Assembly (NCBI GenBank): GCA_040217195.1
Contig: JAVJNR010000008.1
Span: forward strand, 256,001 to 320,000
Direction: 5' to 3'
DNA from: Leptospiraceae bacterium
GTDB taxonomy: Bacteria; Spirochaetota; Leptospiria; Leptospirales; Leptonemataceae
DNA length: 64,000 nucleotides
Part shown: one piece after another, positions 20,448-30,863 of the stretch
Numbering within the stretch: the stretch's first letter is position 1
Layout of the letters: each line of letters starts with the position of its first letter
The notes under the pieces: generated by a model
What the model was told of the DNA's origin: nothing
Databases searched by the model: none
Seen by the model: only the letters and a program-made list of their open reading frames with translations
Made by a program: the position numbers and the translations under genes

Positions 20448-21866
20448 CTAGTAAACATCCACGCTTTTGAAGCTGGATATCTCTCCCAGACGCCTGCGGC
20501 TAATCTTTTCAGTGACAGTTAAGCCTTCAAAGATGAATTCCATGCCTACTGCAAGCATCTGATCATCCCGGTCCCATTTCTTATCTCTAAGAAGGTCAAA
20601 CAGTGCAGGTACGTTTTCCAGAAGCCCTCTGTAAGCACTGGCAGGCATGGAATCGCTAATTTCCACCTGTCCGGCAGCATAGATTTGTTTCGTTATGGCT
20701 TCAAAGGTAGAATCGTATTGCGCAGGTGGAAAGCTCTCAAGAAAGATCTCTTTAATGGCAAGATCCACTATTCGCATAATTATCTGGTATTCGGTCACAG
20801 CTTCATCGCGATAGGGATCCAGCTCAATCTTTCCGGAACTGGATGCGAAGAGGTTTCCCAGATCTGTTGGTCTCACTACTCCCCGGGATTCCTTCAGGAG
20901 TAATGCTCTTCTCCGTGCGGATGCAACGCAGGTTTCATAGTTTGCTATGCTTAAACGAGCGCTCACCCCGGATTTTTGATTCACCATGGGATGGTGCCTG
21001 GCCTGGGATGTGATTTCTTCTACAATGTATTCCATGAATTCTGGAAAAAGCACCGGAGGTTCAATGTCTGGATTACCCGCTTCCTGCCTGGTAATCTCCA
21101 GTCCTACAGAACGAGTCTTGGGATAATGGGTTCGAATTTCAGCACCGATTCTGTCTTTCAGCTGAGTAATAATCTTACCGGATCGCGAATAATCCGCCGG
21201 GTTGGCAGTGAAGCATACAAATACATCAAGAGGGATGCGCAGGGGCAATCCACGAATCTGAATATCCTCTTCTTCCAGAATATTGAACATGGCAACCTGA
21301 ACCAGATAATCCAGGTCCGGCAGCTCATTGATGGCAAAGATTCCATGATTCATCCTGGGCAGTAGACCAAAATGTAGCGCTTCTTCCGCGCCCATGGATT
21401 TGCCTTCCATCACCTTCGCAGGGTCCAGGTCACCGATTATGTCTGCAATTCTAGATCCTGGAGCCAGTCGTTCGCCGTATCGCTCCTCTCTAGAGATCCA
21501 GTGAATGGGAGTATCATCTCCATGTTCGGCAATTAGATCCTTTCCTTTGCGAGTAATGGGCCTGAAGGGGCTTTCTGGTATTTCGGTACCCGCTATGGCC
21601 GGGAAGTAATCGTCCAGTAGATGATTCAGGTTTCGCATGATCCTGGACTTCGCCTGTCCTTTTTCGCCCAGAATCGCAATGTTATGGCCGGCCAGAATAG
21701 CATGGTACAGCTGCGGCATTACCGTGTCTTCGTAGCCATGGATTCCCGGAATTACCGGATCGCCGGATGTTAAGATCCGTCCAAGGTTGCCTGCCATTTC
21801 GGCTTTGATAGGGCGGAATTTGTAGTCAGTAGATTTGAGTTGTCCGAAGGTTTGTATATCTTTCAT
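20448..21866 (-). CDS. AAA+ ATPase, Mg-chelatase/MoxR-related (Rv0958-like)
   Basis: GEKGQAKS Walker A, FAINELPDL Walker B, TANPADY and SGVSARLSI. Confidence 0.8.
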   Translation of the reverse strand: MKDIQTFGQLKSTDYKFRPIKAEMAGNLGRILTSGDPVIPGIHGYEDTVMPQLYHAILAGHNIAILGEKGQAKSRIMRNLNHLLDDYFPAIAGTEIPESPFRPITRKGKDLIAEHGDDTPIHWISREERYGERLAPGSRIADIIGDLDPAKVMEGKSMGAEEALHFGLLPRMNHGIFAINELPDLDYLVQVAMFNILEEEDIQIRGLPLRIPLDVFVCFTANPADYSRSGKIITQLKDRIGAEIRTHYPKTRSVGLEITRQEAGNPDIEPPVLFPEFMEYIVEEITSQARHHPMVNQKSGVSARLSIANYETCVASARRRALLLKESRGVVRPTDLGNLFASSSGKIELDPYRDEAVTEYQIIMRIVDLAIKEIFLESFPPAQYDSTFEAITKQIYAAGQVEISDSMPASAYRGLLENVPALFDLLRDKKWDRDDQMLAVGMEFIFEGLTVTEKISRRRLGEISSFKSVDVY

Positions 21867-21904
21867 GCCTGTTTCTACAAGAAGGGGGAGAAGAGCCCTA
21901 TCGG

Positions 21905-23830
21905 CTATTCATGTATGCTTTCCTGAACACGAAACCATCGTGCAGGAAGAAATGGAAATATATGCAGGAGAATGTCGGATGGGTGTAAAACGATTCTTTC
22001 GCGATTGTATTCTACCTGCAGATCTGCATGTCTGGAAATGGCATACTTTAATCTCTCTATAGAATTGCCAAAGTACAGATTCAATATGGGACCGATTCCA
22101 CGAACCATTAATGGTATAAGATGCACTCGATCTGGCTTTTCCTTTCGTATGAATTGATTGATTGCTGTTATGGTATCCATATCCGGTGGTACAGGTACAT
22201 TCAGAAACCATTCCGGCATTTCATTGGGTTCATCCTGTCCTGGATCGCTCTGAAAATGCACAACAAGGGGCATCTGCCCACTACGGACAAAGTTGCGCAG
22301 AAAATGTACAACCCCCGGATGGAATTTAGAAACCAGTACTATATGCTTTCGATTCACCGGATGGTTTTGAAAGGCTGGATACCATAGTCCCAGCTCCAGA
22401 GGAACTACTTTGAGTTTCTCCTCCCAGATTTCGTAGATGGCCTCCGAGATTTGAAATACAATGAAGTAGAGAAGCATTAGTACGACAATGAACCAGGCGC
22501 CTTCAAAGAACTTATTATAGGTGATGTTCCAGAACATGGCATGCATGGCCAGTAGAGCAACGATTGTTAGAAGCGAGAATTTCCTGGTTCGCACCTGCCT
22601 CAGAAAGTAGCTGGTCAAATCAATGTTCATCGCCGCTACCACTGCCAGACCGTACATACCTTCGATGGCATGGCTGGACGGAAAAAGCCACAGAATAATA
22701 GCACTAAGGACTCCAAGAATGATTGTGGCCCGTGGATTATAAACCCCTTCATGCCCGCCCAGCAGGAAGGCTGGCCTGGTTCTTTTCCAGGCCATATCGC
22801 CCACTCCTCGAGGAAAGAAGCGGCTACGGGCCGCTCGAAGCATTTCCAGAGGAAAATCGGTTTGAGCCGTTTGCGCTGCCAGCAGCAACATGATGGCTGT
22901 AATGACTCCAAAACCCTTGGCCAGATATTCACCGCCCAGATGAGCGGCGATGGCGATGGGAACCGGTATGGCCCTGTCATAGACAATACCCAGACCCATG
23001 AAATTGAACAGCTGCATAAAATAGGTGCTCAGCACCAGACCAAATAGAATCCACATGGCCAGACGTATGGCCTTGCCTTTGTGGTAGGGAATATTCACTG
23101 ATGAATAACCCACCTCCACACCGGTCATAAGAGTGGCACCGTTGGCCACCGATGCCAGGACAATGGGAATCATACTTTCCATTCCCGTGGCTTTGATCTC
23201 ACTCGAGATTACCGGCGGATGCCAGCCGTTCTGCAATATTTGAATAATACCGTAACTGTTGATCAACAGATTGGAGGCGTAGAAGGCCAGTACAGGCCAG
23301 ATCATAAAGCGAGAAATGTTACCCAGACCATATCGCTGAATCAAAGAGAGTAGAACAACCAGAACCAGAGCCCATTGAAGACGATTCATGTCTGGATTGA
23401 TAAAATGCAGCGCCTCTACACCGGCAATCAAGCTAATGGCCTGGGTAGCCGGGAAATCTGCCAGCAAACTGGCCGTCCCCAGTTTGCCCATGTTATGAAT
23501 GAAGGCCTTGAGTCTGGGATGTCTGCGAATGTGCTGGGATGTGATAAGCGAAGAGACGAAGGCACCGCCTCCCAGCACAGGATGGGTATGATGACGAATC
23601 ATACTGTTGTAGGCAAGTACTGCGATTAAATAAACGCTCATTACAATGCCGCCCGCAGTGAGGGTTGCTGTCATACCCGCCTCAAAGCTGGTTGCAAAGA
23701 GCACTATTGTGACTGCGATAACGGCATCGGCACCGTAAGCGAGAGATGAGCCCGGATCAGTCAGGATGGTAGCAAATATGATTCGAATGTCGCTGAGGAG
23801 GGATGGCGGTTTATCTGAGGAGTGTTCCAT
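21905..23830 (-). CDS. APC-superfamily transporter, KimA/YdaO-like
   Basis: TDPGSSLAYG (TM1), GGGAF and GATLMTGVE (TM6), about 12 TM segments and a cytoplasmic C-terminal domain. Confidence 0.7.
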   Translation of the reverse strand: MEHSSDKPPSLLSDIRIIFATILTDPGSSLAYGADAVIAVTIVLFATSFEAGMTATLTAGGIVMSVYLIAVLAYNSMIRHHTHPVLGGGAFVSSLITSQHIRRHPRLKAFIHNMGKLGTASLLADFPATQAISLIAGVEALHFINPDMNRLQWALVLVVLLSLIQRYGLGNISRFMIWPVLAFYASNLLINSYGIIQILQNGWHPPVISSEIKATGMESMIPIVLASVANGATLMTGVEVGYSSVNIPYHKGKAIRLAMWILFGLVLSTYFMQLFNFMGLGIVYDRAIPVPIAIAAHLGGEYLAKGFGVITAIMLLLAAQTAQTDFPLEMLRAARSRFFPRGVGDMAWKRTRPAFLLGGHEGVYNPRATIILGVLSAIILWLFPSSHAIEGMYGLAVVAAMNIDLTSYFLRQVRTRKFSLLTIVALLAMHAMFWNITYNKFFEGAWFIVVLMLLYFIVFQISEAIYEIWEEKLKVVPLELGLWYPAFQNHPVNRKHIVLVSKFHPGVVHFLRNFVRSGQMPLVVHFQSDPGQDEPNEMPEWFLNVPVPPDMDTITAINQFIRKEKPDRVHLIPLMVRGIGPILNLYFGNSIERLKYAISRHADLQVEYNRERIVLHPSDILLHIFPFLPARWFRVQESIHE

Positions 23831-23894
23831 ATTCTATATATATAATGGACCCGAGCAACCAGGTTCAGGGGATTGACGGCAACGGGATTAGTCT

Positions 23895-24158
23895 CTACTC
23901 CTTCATCCAATGGCGGACCATAGAAGCAACCTTTTTGGGATTATCCCTCGCTAGATTTCTAACTCCATCCAGCATTTCATCTCTGTCCCGATTATCCACC
24001 CTGGCCGAAGAGCCTTCAGTCGTCGAAGGCAGGTTGGTTGCATTCTTGTTCTCTACAGGTTTTCTGGGCTCGGTCTTATGAGACCTGCTCAGAAGGGGGA
24101 GAAATACAATCAAACCTGCGACGAACAGTACAATGGCAGATATCCAGAGCCAATCCAC
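23895..24158 (-). CDS. Small single-TM protein ending in a FliF-C-terminus-like motif
   Basis: N-terminal hydrophobic helix, linker, then VRNLARDNPKKVASMVRHWMKE. It fills the intergenic gap cleanly. Confidence 0.6.
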   Translation of the reverse strand: MDWLWISAIVLFVAGLIVFLPLLSRSHKTEPRKPVENKNATNLPSTTEGSSARVDNRDRDEMLDGVRNLARDNPKKVASMVRHWMKE

Positions 24159-24236
24159 ACAGAAAGGGTGGCATCCACAGAACTCCGGTCAATTCATATT
24201 TCCATTGACTGCTGGAGCCGCCACAGGCCTCAGTCA

Positions 24237-24533
24237 ATGGTGATCTCAGAATCGGAATTCAATGACTTATGTAAACTGGCGCGGCTGGATCCAGAGGATG
24301 AAAGCCTGAAAAACCTGATGTCGGACTTTAATCGCATACTGGAATCCGTGAATCAAATTAACGAGATTGAGGTTACCGACGATGCTGCCGGTCATTCTGA
24401 ACTGGATACTCGTGATATGACCAGGCCAGATGAACCTGTGGAGCCTCTGACTACCGATACCATCTCTGGAATTGCGCCAGATTTTCAATCAGGACACTTT
24501 GTAGTACCTGGAGTGATAGAATCCGAAGGTTAA
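24237..24533 (+). CDS. gatC: Asp/Glu-tRNA amidotransferase subunit C
   Basis: LCKLARL...ILESVNQINEI...RPDEP...APDFQSGHFVVPGVI, directly before gatA. Confidence 0.88.
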   Translation: MVISESEFNDLCKLARLDPEDESLKNLMSDFNRILESVNQINEIEVTDDAAGHSELDTRDMTRPDEPVEPLTTDTISGIAPDFQSGHFVVPGVIESEG

Positions 24534-24607
24534 GAACCTCCGCGAATCGTGCTTAAATCCTGTAACCCTACGTTTCTGGCAACAACGCAATAGATAAGAG
24601 TAATACC

Positions 24608-26083
24608 ATGATCGATAAAACCGCTACTCAGCATTCTGCAGCCCTGGAATCAGGCGAATACACCTCCCAGGAACTTACCAGAAGTTACCTGGACCGGGCA
24701 GGTATTTGTAAACCTCTGGAGATGTTCAATGACCTGGATGAATCCAGGATTCTCGATCAGGCGAAAGAATCAGATAAGCGCCGGAAAGCCGGGAAAGCAC
24801 TTTCTGCCCTGGATGGAATTCCGGTAGCAATCAAAGATAACATATGCGATATAAACGAGAAGACTACCTGTAGCTCGAATTTTCTAAAAGATTATCGATC
24901 TCCTTACGATGCAACAGTCATAGAAAAACTCAAGCAAGCAGGAGCCATACTGTACGGTAGAACTAACCTGGATGAGTTCGCCATGGGCTCTTCCACAGAG
25001 AATTCTGCATTTCGCACCACACTGAATCCTTTTGATCCGGGTCGAGTTCCTGGAGGGTCATCCGGAGGGTCGGCCGCTGCCGTTGGTTCATTGAGCGCCC
25101 CACTGGCTCTGGGAAGCGATACTGGAGGTTCCATTCGACAGCCGGCCTCGTTTTGCGGTATTGTCGGAATGAAGCCTACGTACGGAAAAGTCTCCAGATA
25201 TGGTCTTGTGGCCTTTGCATCCAGCCTGGATCAAATCGGCCCCATGGCTCTCAGCGTGGAAGATTCTGCATTATTGCTTTCTGTCATCGAAGGAAAGGAC
25301 AGCCGGGACTCTACATCTCATCCTTTTTCCGAGAAGTATCCCACATCGCCTGCTGTAAAACCAATGACGAAAAAGTCCCTGAGTGGAAAAAAAGTAGGGG
25401 TACTATTCCCGGATTCTAAGGCTGAAGGTTTCGATGAATCCATTCGGAAGGCATGCACAGATATGCGAAACTGGCTGGAAAAGCAAGGCTGCGAAGTAAA
25501 AGAAATACAGAGCAAACTCTGGCAATATGTAATTCCCATCTACTATATCCTGGCCACTGCAGAAGCCTCCAGCAACCTGTCCAGGTTTGATGGAATTCGG
25601 TACGGAACCAGAAGTCCTCAGGCAAACCTCCAGGATCTTTATGTGCGAAGTCGTACGGAAGGATTCGGGCCAGAAGTGAAGCGTCGAATTTTGCTGGGTA
25701 CGTTTGTCCTTTCCTCTGGATATTTCGATGCATATTACAATTCAGCTCAGAAAGCCCGAAAGATGGTAAGAGCGGAGTATCTGGATTTCTTTAAAGACCT
25801 GGATTTCATTGTTCAGCCAACCAGCCCAACCACTGCATTCAAAGTAGGCGAACGATCCGAAAATCCCATCGCCATGTATCAAAGCGATCTAATGACTATT
25901 TCCGTAAACCTGGGCGGCGTCCCGGCCCTCAGCTTGCCCCTTGGTCTGGATGAGGACGGATTACCTGTGGGGATGCAGATCACGGCTCCTCACTTTGAAG
26001 AGGACAAACTTTTTCAATTTGCTGCGGCGGTAGAGAAAGACTTCTCACTGGATCGCTCCAGCCTGGCAAAGAAAACATATTGA
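24608..26083 (+). CDS. gatA: Asp/Glu-tRNA amidotransferase subunit A
   Basis: Amidase signature GGSSGGSAAAV...GSDTGGSIRQPA, plus RFDGIRYG and EVKRRILLG. Confidence 0.97.
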   Translation: MIDKTATQHSAALESGEYTSQELTRSYLDRAGICKPLEMFNDLDESRILDQAKESDKRRKAGKALSALDGIPVAIKDNICDINEKTTCSSNFLKDYRSPYDATVIEKLKQAGAILYGRTNLDEFAMGSSTENSAFRTTLNPFDPGRVPGGSSGGSAAAVGSLSAPLALGSDTGGSIRQPASFCGIVGMKPTYGKVSRYGLVAFASSLDQIGPMALSVEDSALLLSVIEGKDSRDSTSHPFSEKYPTSPAVKPMTKKSLSGKKVGVLFPDSKAEGFDESIRKACTDMRNWLEKQGCEVKEIQSKLWQYVIPIYYILATAEASSNLSRFDGIRYGTRSPQANLQDLYVRSRTEGFGPEVKRRILLGTFVLSSGYFDAYYNSAQKARKMVRAEYLDFFKDLDFIVQPTSPTTAFKVGERSENPIAMYQSDLMTISVNLGGVPALSLPLGLDEDGLPVGMQITAPHFEEDKLFQFAAAVEKDFSLDRSSLAKKTY

Positions 26084-26090
26084 TTTGATG

Positions 26091-26561
26091 TCAGGGAAGT
26101 ATCTGAAGCACTTTCCAGCCGGTTCCCTGAAGGATGGGACTTCCGTCGGGATTAGTGGGATAGCTGCTATCTGGATGCGGTAGACTGCCCGGTGCCTTTT
26201 CTACAGTAATTGTTACAAATACATGATTGAATTTTAGAAGCTGTTCTCTGGAAACATTTTCGGAGGGCTGCAAGACAATTCGATCATCCGAAAATGGCAG
26301 ACCGGAATTGTGAAAATGGGGATCATGCAAATAGAACTCTGCACCCTGATACGCCTCAACACTTCGCGGGGCCGGTTCCTTTCGAATTATCATTCCGTAC
26401 AGAGTATGAACGCCTTCTCTGGCTTCATGCTTTTTCAAAGCGGAAATTGGTTTTGTAGATTCGCCGGAACCAGATTGACAGGCCACAGTAGCCAGAAGTA
26501 GCAGGCCGGGCAGTGCCTTTCTAAATAATTGGTGTAAAAAAGCTGTATGGTGTGGTTTCAT
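26091..26561 (-). CDS. Hypothetical lipoprotein
   Basis: Signal peptide with LATVAC lipobox. Confidence 0.55.
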   Translation of the reverse strand: MKPHHTAFLHQLFRKALPGLLLLATVACQSGSGESTKPISALKKHEAREGVHTLYGMIIRKEPAPRSVEAYQGAEFYLHDPHFHNSGLPFSDDRIVLQPSENVSREQLLKFNHVFVTITVEKAPGSLPHPDSSYPTNPDGSPILQGTGWKVLQILP

Positions 26562-26571
26562 GTTCGAATCC

Positions 26572-27834
26572 CTATTTGGATTCGACGACCAGATACTTCT
26601 TTTTCCCGATTTTAAACTGATAGTTTCCCGGAAAGCGAAGCATGAATTGCTTGTCCTTTACCGGTTCCAGGTTTTCGCCCATACGAATCGCTCCGGATTC
26701 AATGAGCCTTTTAACCGCGCTGGCACTTTTTTCCAGGCCTGCATCTACAATTGCCTGAGTAAGTAGTAGCTCGCTGGTTTCTACTTTTAAGACTGGAGTG
26801 TTCGGCGGCAGAACCATCTTGTCTCTGCCGTCCTTTCCTTTTTCCAGATCCCAGGCGTCTCTGGCCAGGGTGCCCTGACTCTTACCAGAATCTGCATCCG
26901 CTTCTGGATGAAGAAAATCCACGAGATGCGCTGCCAGTTTCTTTTTTGCATCCAGGGGAGTTCGTTTCAGCTCTTCTATTTCATCAAATGGAATGGAAGT
27001 TAACAGGGTGTAATAGTCCCACATTAGATCATCGGAAACACTCATCGCTTTTGCGAAGATCTTAAATGGCTCTTCGTCGATTCCAATGTAATTATCGTAG
27101 GATTTGGACATCTTTTTCTGACCGTCCAGGCCTACGAGCAGAGGCAATGTCATAATGACCTGTTGTTCCTGTCCGTACTGATTCTGCAGTTCCCGACCCA
27201 CCAGGAGGTTAAACTTCTGATCGGTGCCGCCCAGTTCCACGTCAGACTCCAGAACTACGGAGTCATAGCCCTGAAACAGAGGATAAATGAATTCGATGAT
27301 GCTTATGCTTTCTCCTGCCTTCATCCTCTTATGGAAGTCATCCCGTTCTATCATTCTGGCCACAGTGTAGCGAGCCGTCAGTCCCAGGACTTCATCCACC
27401 TTCATGCTCATACACCATTCAGAGTTGAAAACTATGCGTGTCCTGTCTCGGTCCAGAATCTTGAATACCTGCTCTTCGTAGGTTTTCGCATTGGCCTTAA
27501 CTTCTTCAGTGGTGAGCCTTTTTCTTGTGGCGGAGCGCCCGGTTGGATCGCCGATGGTGGCTGTGAAGTCACCGATGAGAAAAATGACTTCATGACCCAG
27601 GTCCTGAAACTGGCGAAGCTTGCGAAGAAGCACGGTATGGCCCAGATGCAAATCCGGAGCCGTGGGATCGAACCCCGCTTTGATTTTCAGAGGCTTTCCG
27701 GACTTCAGGGATTTCTCAATCTTTTCAAGAAGAGGTTCTTCTGGCAGTATCTCTTCCACCCCTCGTTTGAGAATTTCCAGTTGTTGCAGAGTTTCTTTAC
27801 TGTACTCGGCTGCTTTCTTCTGACCTTCGCTCAT
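26572..27834 (-). CDS. tyrS: Tyrosine--tRNA ligase
   Basis: [28 protein letters not shown] and an S4-like C-terminus. Confidence 0.97.
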   Translation of the reverse strand: MSEGQKKAAEYSKETLQQLEILKRGVEEILPEEPLLEKIEKSLKSGKPLKIKAGFDPTAPDLHLGHTVLLRKLRQFQDLGHEVIFLIGDFTATIGDPTGRSATRKRLTTEEVKANAKTYEEQVFKILDRDRTRIVFNSEWCMSMKVDEVLGLTARYTVARMIERDDFHKRMKAGESISIIEFIYPLFQGYDSVVLESDVELGGTDQKFNLLVGRELQNQYGQEQQVIMTLPLLVGLDGQKKMSKSYDNYIGIDEEPFKIFAKAMSVSDDLMWDYYTLLTSIPFDEIEELKRTPLDAKKKLAAHLVDFLHPEADADSGKSQGTLARDAWDLEKGKDGRDKMVLPPNTPVLKVETSELLLTQAIVDAGLEKSASAVKRLIESGAIRMGENLEPVKDKQFMLRFPGNYQFKIGKKKYLVVESK

Positions 27835-27927
27835 CGAAGCGAGATTTGCAATGCGGGGTGCCTGGCCAACCGCTTTTTTGAAGGAGCTGGCAGAAGACCT
27901 GGATTGCCTGCAGTTTCAGTAGACCAG

Positions 27928-28554
27928 CTACTTCAAATCTTGCTCTTCCAGCCAGGGAGAATAGAGCCTGACATGAATATCCAGAGCAGAAAGCACCCTG
28001 CCTGCAATGAATCGCCCCAGATCATCGAGAGTTCGGGGCTTCTGGTAGAACCCGGGGCTTGCGGGCAATACCATGGCTCCGGCCTCTGTAAGAGACGTCA
28101 TATTGCGCAAATGAATCAGGCTGTAGGGGGCCTCTCTCGGAACAAGGATTAGCTTTCTTCGCTCCTTCAATGTTACGTCAGCGGCACGTTCAATCAGATT
28201 TTGTGTAATTCCATGATTGATAGAAGCCAGGGTTTTCATGCTGCAGGGAACAACAGCCATTCCATCATGATGATTGGAGCCGGAGGCAGCTCTTGCGCCA
28301 ATATCACGATAATCCTCGATGGAAAATGAATGCCGGATTTGAGTATCTTCCGGACAGGATTCCTGAATCCAATTTAGATATTCATTCGGGTCTTGAAACG
28401 ATGTGCCCATTTCTTCATTGCAGACTCGCAGGCCCGCCGGACTCATGATTAGCTGACTCTTACCCGGGACATGCTCCATCAGGGCAAGTACCAGATGCCT
28501 GGCGTATAGAGCTCCACTGGCTCCTGTAATTGCGATAATTAGATTCTTGTTCAT
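27928..28554 (-). CDS. ubiX: Flavin prenyltransferase UbiX
   Basis: ITGASGA, ASGS, PCSMKTL, RAADVTLKERR and PGFYQKP. Confidence 0.93.
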   Translation of the reverse strand: MNKNLIIAITGASGALYARHLVLALMEHVPGKSQLIMSPAGLRVCNEEMGTSFQDPNEYLNWIQESCPEDTQIRHSFSIEDYRDIGARAASGSNHHDGMAVVPCSMKTLASINHGITQNLIERAADVTLKERRKLILVPREAPYSLIHLRNMTSLTEAGAMVLPASPGFYQKPRTLDDLGRFIAGRVLSALDIHVRLYSPWLEEQDLK

Positions 28555-28568
28555 AAGCGGGATGGAAA

Positions 28569-29216
28569 CTAGTTCAAGCTTTCTCCCTGCTGAATGTTTG
28601 GTCCCGGGCTTGCACGAATCAGTAAATTTTTTCGGCGTAGCATGTTCAATGTTCGTTCCATCCGTTCCCTCAATGTGGGAATCTCCAGAAAGGTCTGCCT
28701 CTGTGGTAAAGGTAATCCACTATTTTGAATGGCCAGATGACAGATTAGTTGCGGCTCTCTGGGCAATTCCACTCTGGTTTTTACCTGAAGCAGGGATAGA
28801 TAATCGGCCATTTCCTGGTGAATTTCCCGGGCCAGCTCCGGATGCCGCTGACCGTCTTCAGCTGAATCCTCATCCTGCCATGGCGATAGATGGGCTTTGA
28901 TAAATGGGTCCTGCGATGAAATTCCTTCCCAGCGAAGACGATGGGTACCGCTCACGATCAAGTTCATTCTTCCATCGGGCATCCGCTCCACAGAATCCAT
29001 TTGAACCAGAGTACCGACTCTGGCCGTTTTTGCCAGGCCTCCCAGGGCTTCCTGTCCTTCCACTATGGAAAAAATAGAGAGCGGCAATCCAGCGAGCACC
29101 TCTTCCATCATGGTTCTGTACCTTTGCTCAAATATATGTAACGGAAGGGGCATACCGGGAAAGAGCACGGTGCCCAGAGGAAAGACGGCTACTGTATTGT
29201 TGTCAGAGGAATCCAT
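28569..29216 (-). CDS. LON peptidase N-terminal (substrate-binding) domain protein
   Basis: VFPLGTVLFPGMPLPLHIFEQRYR and PDGRMNL. No ATPase or protease domain. Confidence 0.88.
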   Translation of the reverse strand: MDSSDNNTVAVFPLGTVLFPGMPLPLHIFEQRYRTMMEEVLAGLPLSIFSIVEGQEALGGLAKTARVGTLVQMDSVERMPDGRMNLIVSGTHRLRWEGISSQDPFIKAHLSPWQDEDSAEDGQRHPELAREIHQEMADYLSLLQVKTRVELPREPQLICHLAIQNSGLPLPQRQTFLEIPTLRERMERTLNMLRRKNLLIRASPGPNIQQGESLN

Positions 29217-30100
29217 CGGTCCGCCATTAGAATAACAAAGAGCAGGGAACTGACCCATGCATTTACATTAAAAAAGGCCACCGGGATGTTCTCCTCCCGA
29301 CCATCTCGCACCAGATAATGCTCATAAAAAAATAATGCAGCAACCAGAACCACTCCGGCAAAGAAGATCATACCATTGCTAGCTTCGAGTCCGGCCCGTG
29401 CAAAACAGGCCAGAGCAAGCACATGGCTTAACCTGGCCATCCAGAGTGCACTGGAAACACCCAGAGTTCCTGGAAGAGAATGCAAACCCCGGGATCGATC
29501 AAAGTCTGCATCCTGGCAGGAGTAGATGATGTCGAATCCAGCAATGTAGAGAGCCAGACCCAGCGACCAGTACACTGCAATCCAGTCCAGGGTGCCCGAG
29601 AAGGCAATCCAAACCGCAGAAGGAACCAGGCCGATGGCCAATCCCAGAAAATAGTGGCACAGGAATGTGAATCGCTTGGTCAATGAATAGCCCATTACAA
29701 ATAGGATAGCGGCAAAGGACAAAAGTCCAACCAGAGCCCCCATTGTGAATGCTGACAGGATGAATATGGCCATTCCAATGACTGTGAAGGCTATCGCCGA
29801 TTTAAGAGAAATGGTTCCGGAAGGAATCTCTCGGGACGCTGTCCTGGGATTGGCAGCATCATAATGTCGATCCACAATTCGATTGAAACCCATGGCTGCA
29901 CTTCGAAGACTCACCATACAAACCAGACAGGCAATGATTCGATGGACAATCTCAGCAGTTCCAGGTAACTGGAAGCCATCCCAGTGTAAAACTTCCACGA
30001 TTCCAATGCCTGCAAACGGCAAAGCGAATATGGAATGCGAGAATTTGATCATAACCAGATAACTTCTGGCGGTCTGAAGTAGATTAGAGGCAGGAGCCAT
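29189..30100 (-). CDS. UbiA-family prenyltransferase, MqnP-like
   Basis: IKFSHSIFALPFA, NRIVDRHYDAANPRT, YSLTKRF and GFDIIYSCQD. The start could alternatively be 30052. Confidence 0.88.
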   Translation of the reverse strand: MAPASNLLQTARSYLVMIKFSHSIFALPFAGIGIVEVLHWDGFQLPGTAEIVHRIIACLVCMVSLRSAAMGFNRIVDRHYDAANPRTASREIPSGTISLKSAIAFTVIGMAIFILSAFTMGALVGLLSFAAILFVMGYSLTKRFTFLCHYFLGLAIGLVPSAVWIAFSGTLDWIAVYWSLGLALYIAGFDIIYSCQDADFDRSRGLHSLPGTLGVSSALWMARLSHVLALACFARAGLEASNGMIFFAGVVLVAALFFYEHYLVRDGREENIPVAFFNVNAWVSSLLFVILMADRWIPLTTIQ

Positions 30101-30863
30101 GAGAAACAGAGCTGTCATTGAACCCAGAGCATCAATTCAAATTCCCGGAAGGATAAAAAAAGCCTCCCTGGTTTTACTGAGTCTATTTTGCTTTTCCTGC
30201 TTTGAGTATGAAGAAAATCTATATCTGGCACCCAATTATAGCGGCTATGTGGACTACAGCTACAAAGTACCTCTGCAGGCTGAAACCGGAAGGTCTTTGC
30301 TGGCATTCTTGCCCGCTACAGAAGAAACGGTTCGGCAGAGATTTGGTATTTCTCCAGAAAGCGAATTGATTCTGGAGGACTTCCAGAGTCGCGAAAGCTA
30401 CGAGCCCGATGATCGATTCCCTCGGCAGAGAAAGGTACAGTACCGGATTAGATTTAAACGACCGGAATCCCTGGAAAAGCTATTACTGGGACAAACCCGG
30501 GTCTACTACCTGGATCAAAGGCTGGTCATTCAGAGGGCTTTTCCCACCAGCGGAGGGCTAAAAGATGATTCCGGACGAATCGCTCAGAATTTTCACAAAT
30601 ATTTGGAGGACTCTTTGAAGCAAAGATCTCTAAAACTGTCGATTACAGCTCCCTGGTATTATAACGTATATGCAAATGCAGGCGCTACAGCCGGTCCAGG
30701 TAGAATCTATTTCAATGTTCCTCTGGAAGGTACGATCAATCGAAAGAATCCCAGCCTCTGGAGACTGGAGATTAAAGCAAATCCAATGCCTGAAGATGCT
30801 CCCGAAAACGGCCAAGGGCCTGCCATTCAGGCTTACCCAGACGATAATGCAGAAGATCAGTGA
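30099..30863 (+). CDS. Hypothetical lipoprotein
   Basis: Basic N-terminus, hydrophobic stretch and FCFSC lipobox-like motif. Confidence 0.6.
   Translation: MRNRAVIEPRASIQIPGRIKKASLVLLSLFCFSCFEYEENLYLAPNYSGYVDYSYKVPLQAETGRSLLAFLPATEETVRQRFGISPESELILEDFQSRESYEPDDRFPRQRKVQYRIRFKRPESLEKLLLGQTRVYYLDQRLVIQRAFPTSGGLKDDSGRIAQNFHKYLEDSLKQRSLKLSITAPWYYNVYANAGATAGPGRIYFNVPLEGTINRKNPSLWRLEIKANPMPEDAPENGQGPAIQAYPDDNAEDQ

Noticed and set aside
23831..23894. c-di-AMP (ydaO) riboswitch upstream of the KimA-like transporter
   Set aside because: Only 64 nt of intergenic space and no matching motifs.
27163..28152. 329-aa plus-strand ORF
   Set aside because: Antisense shadow of tyrS and ubiX with no protein-like features.
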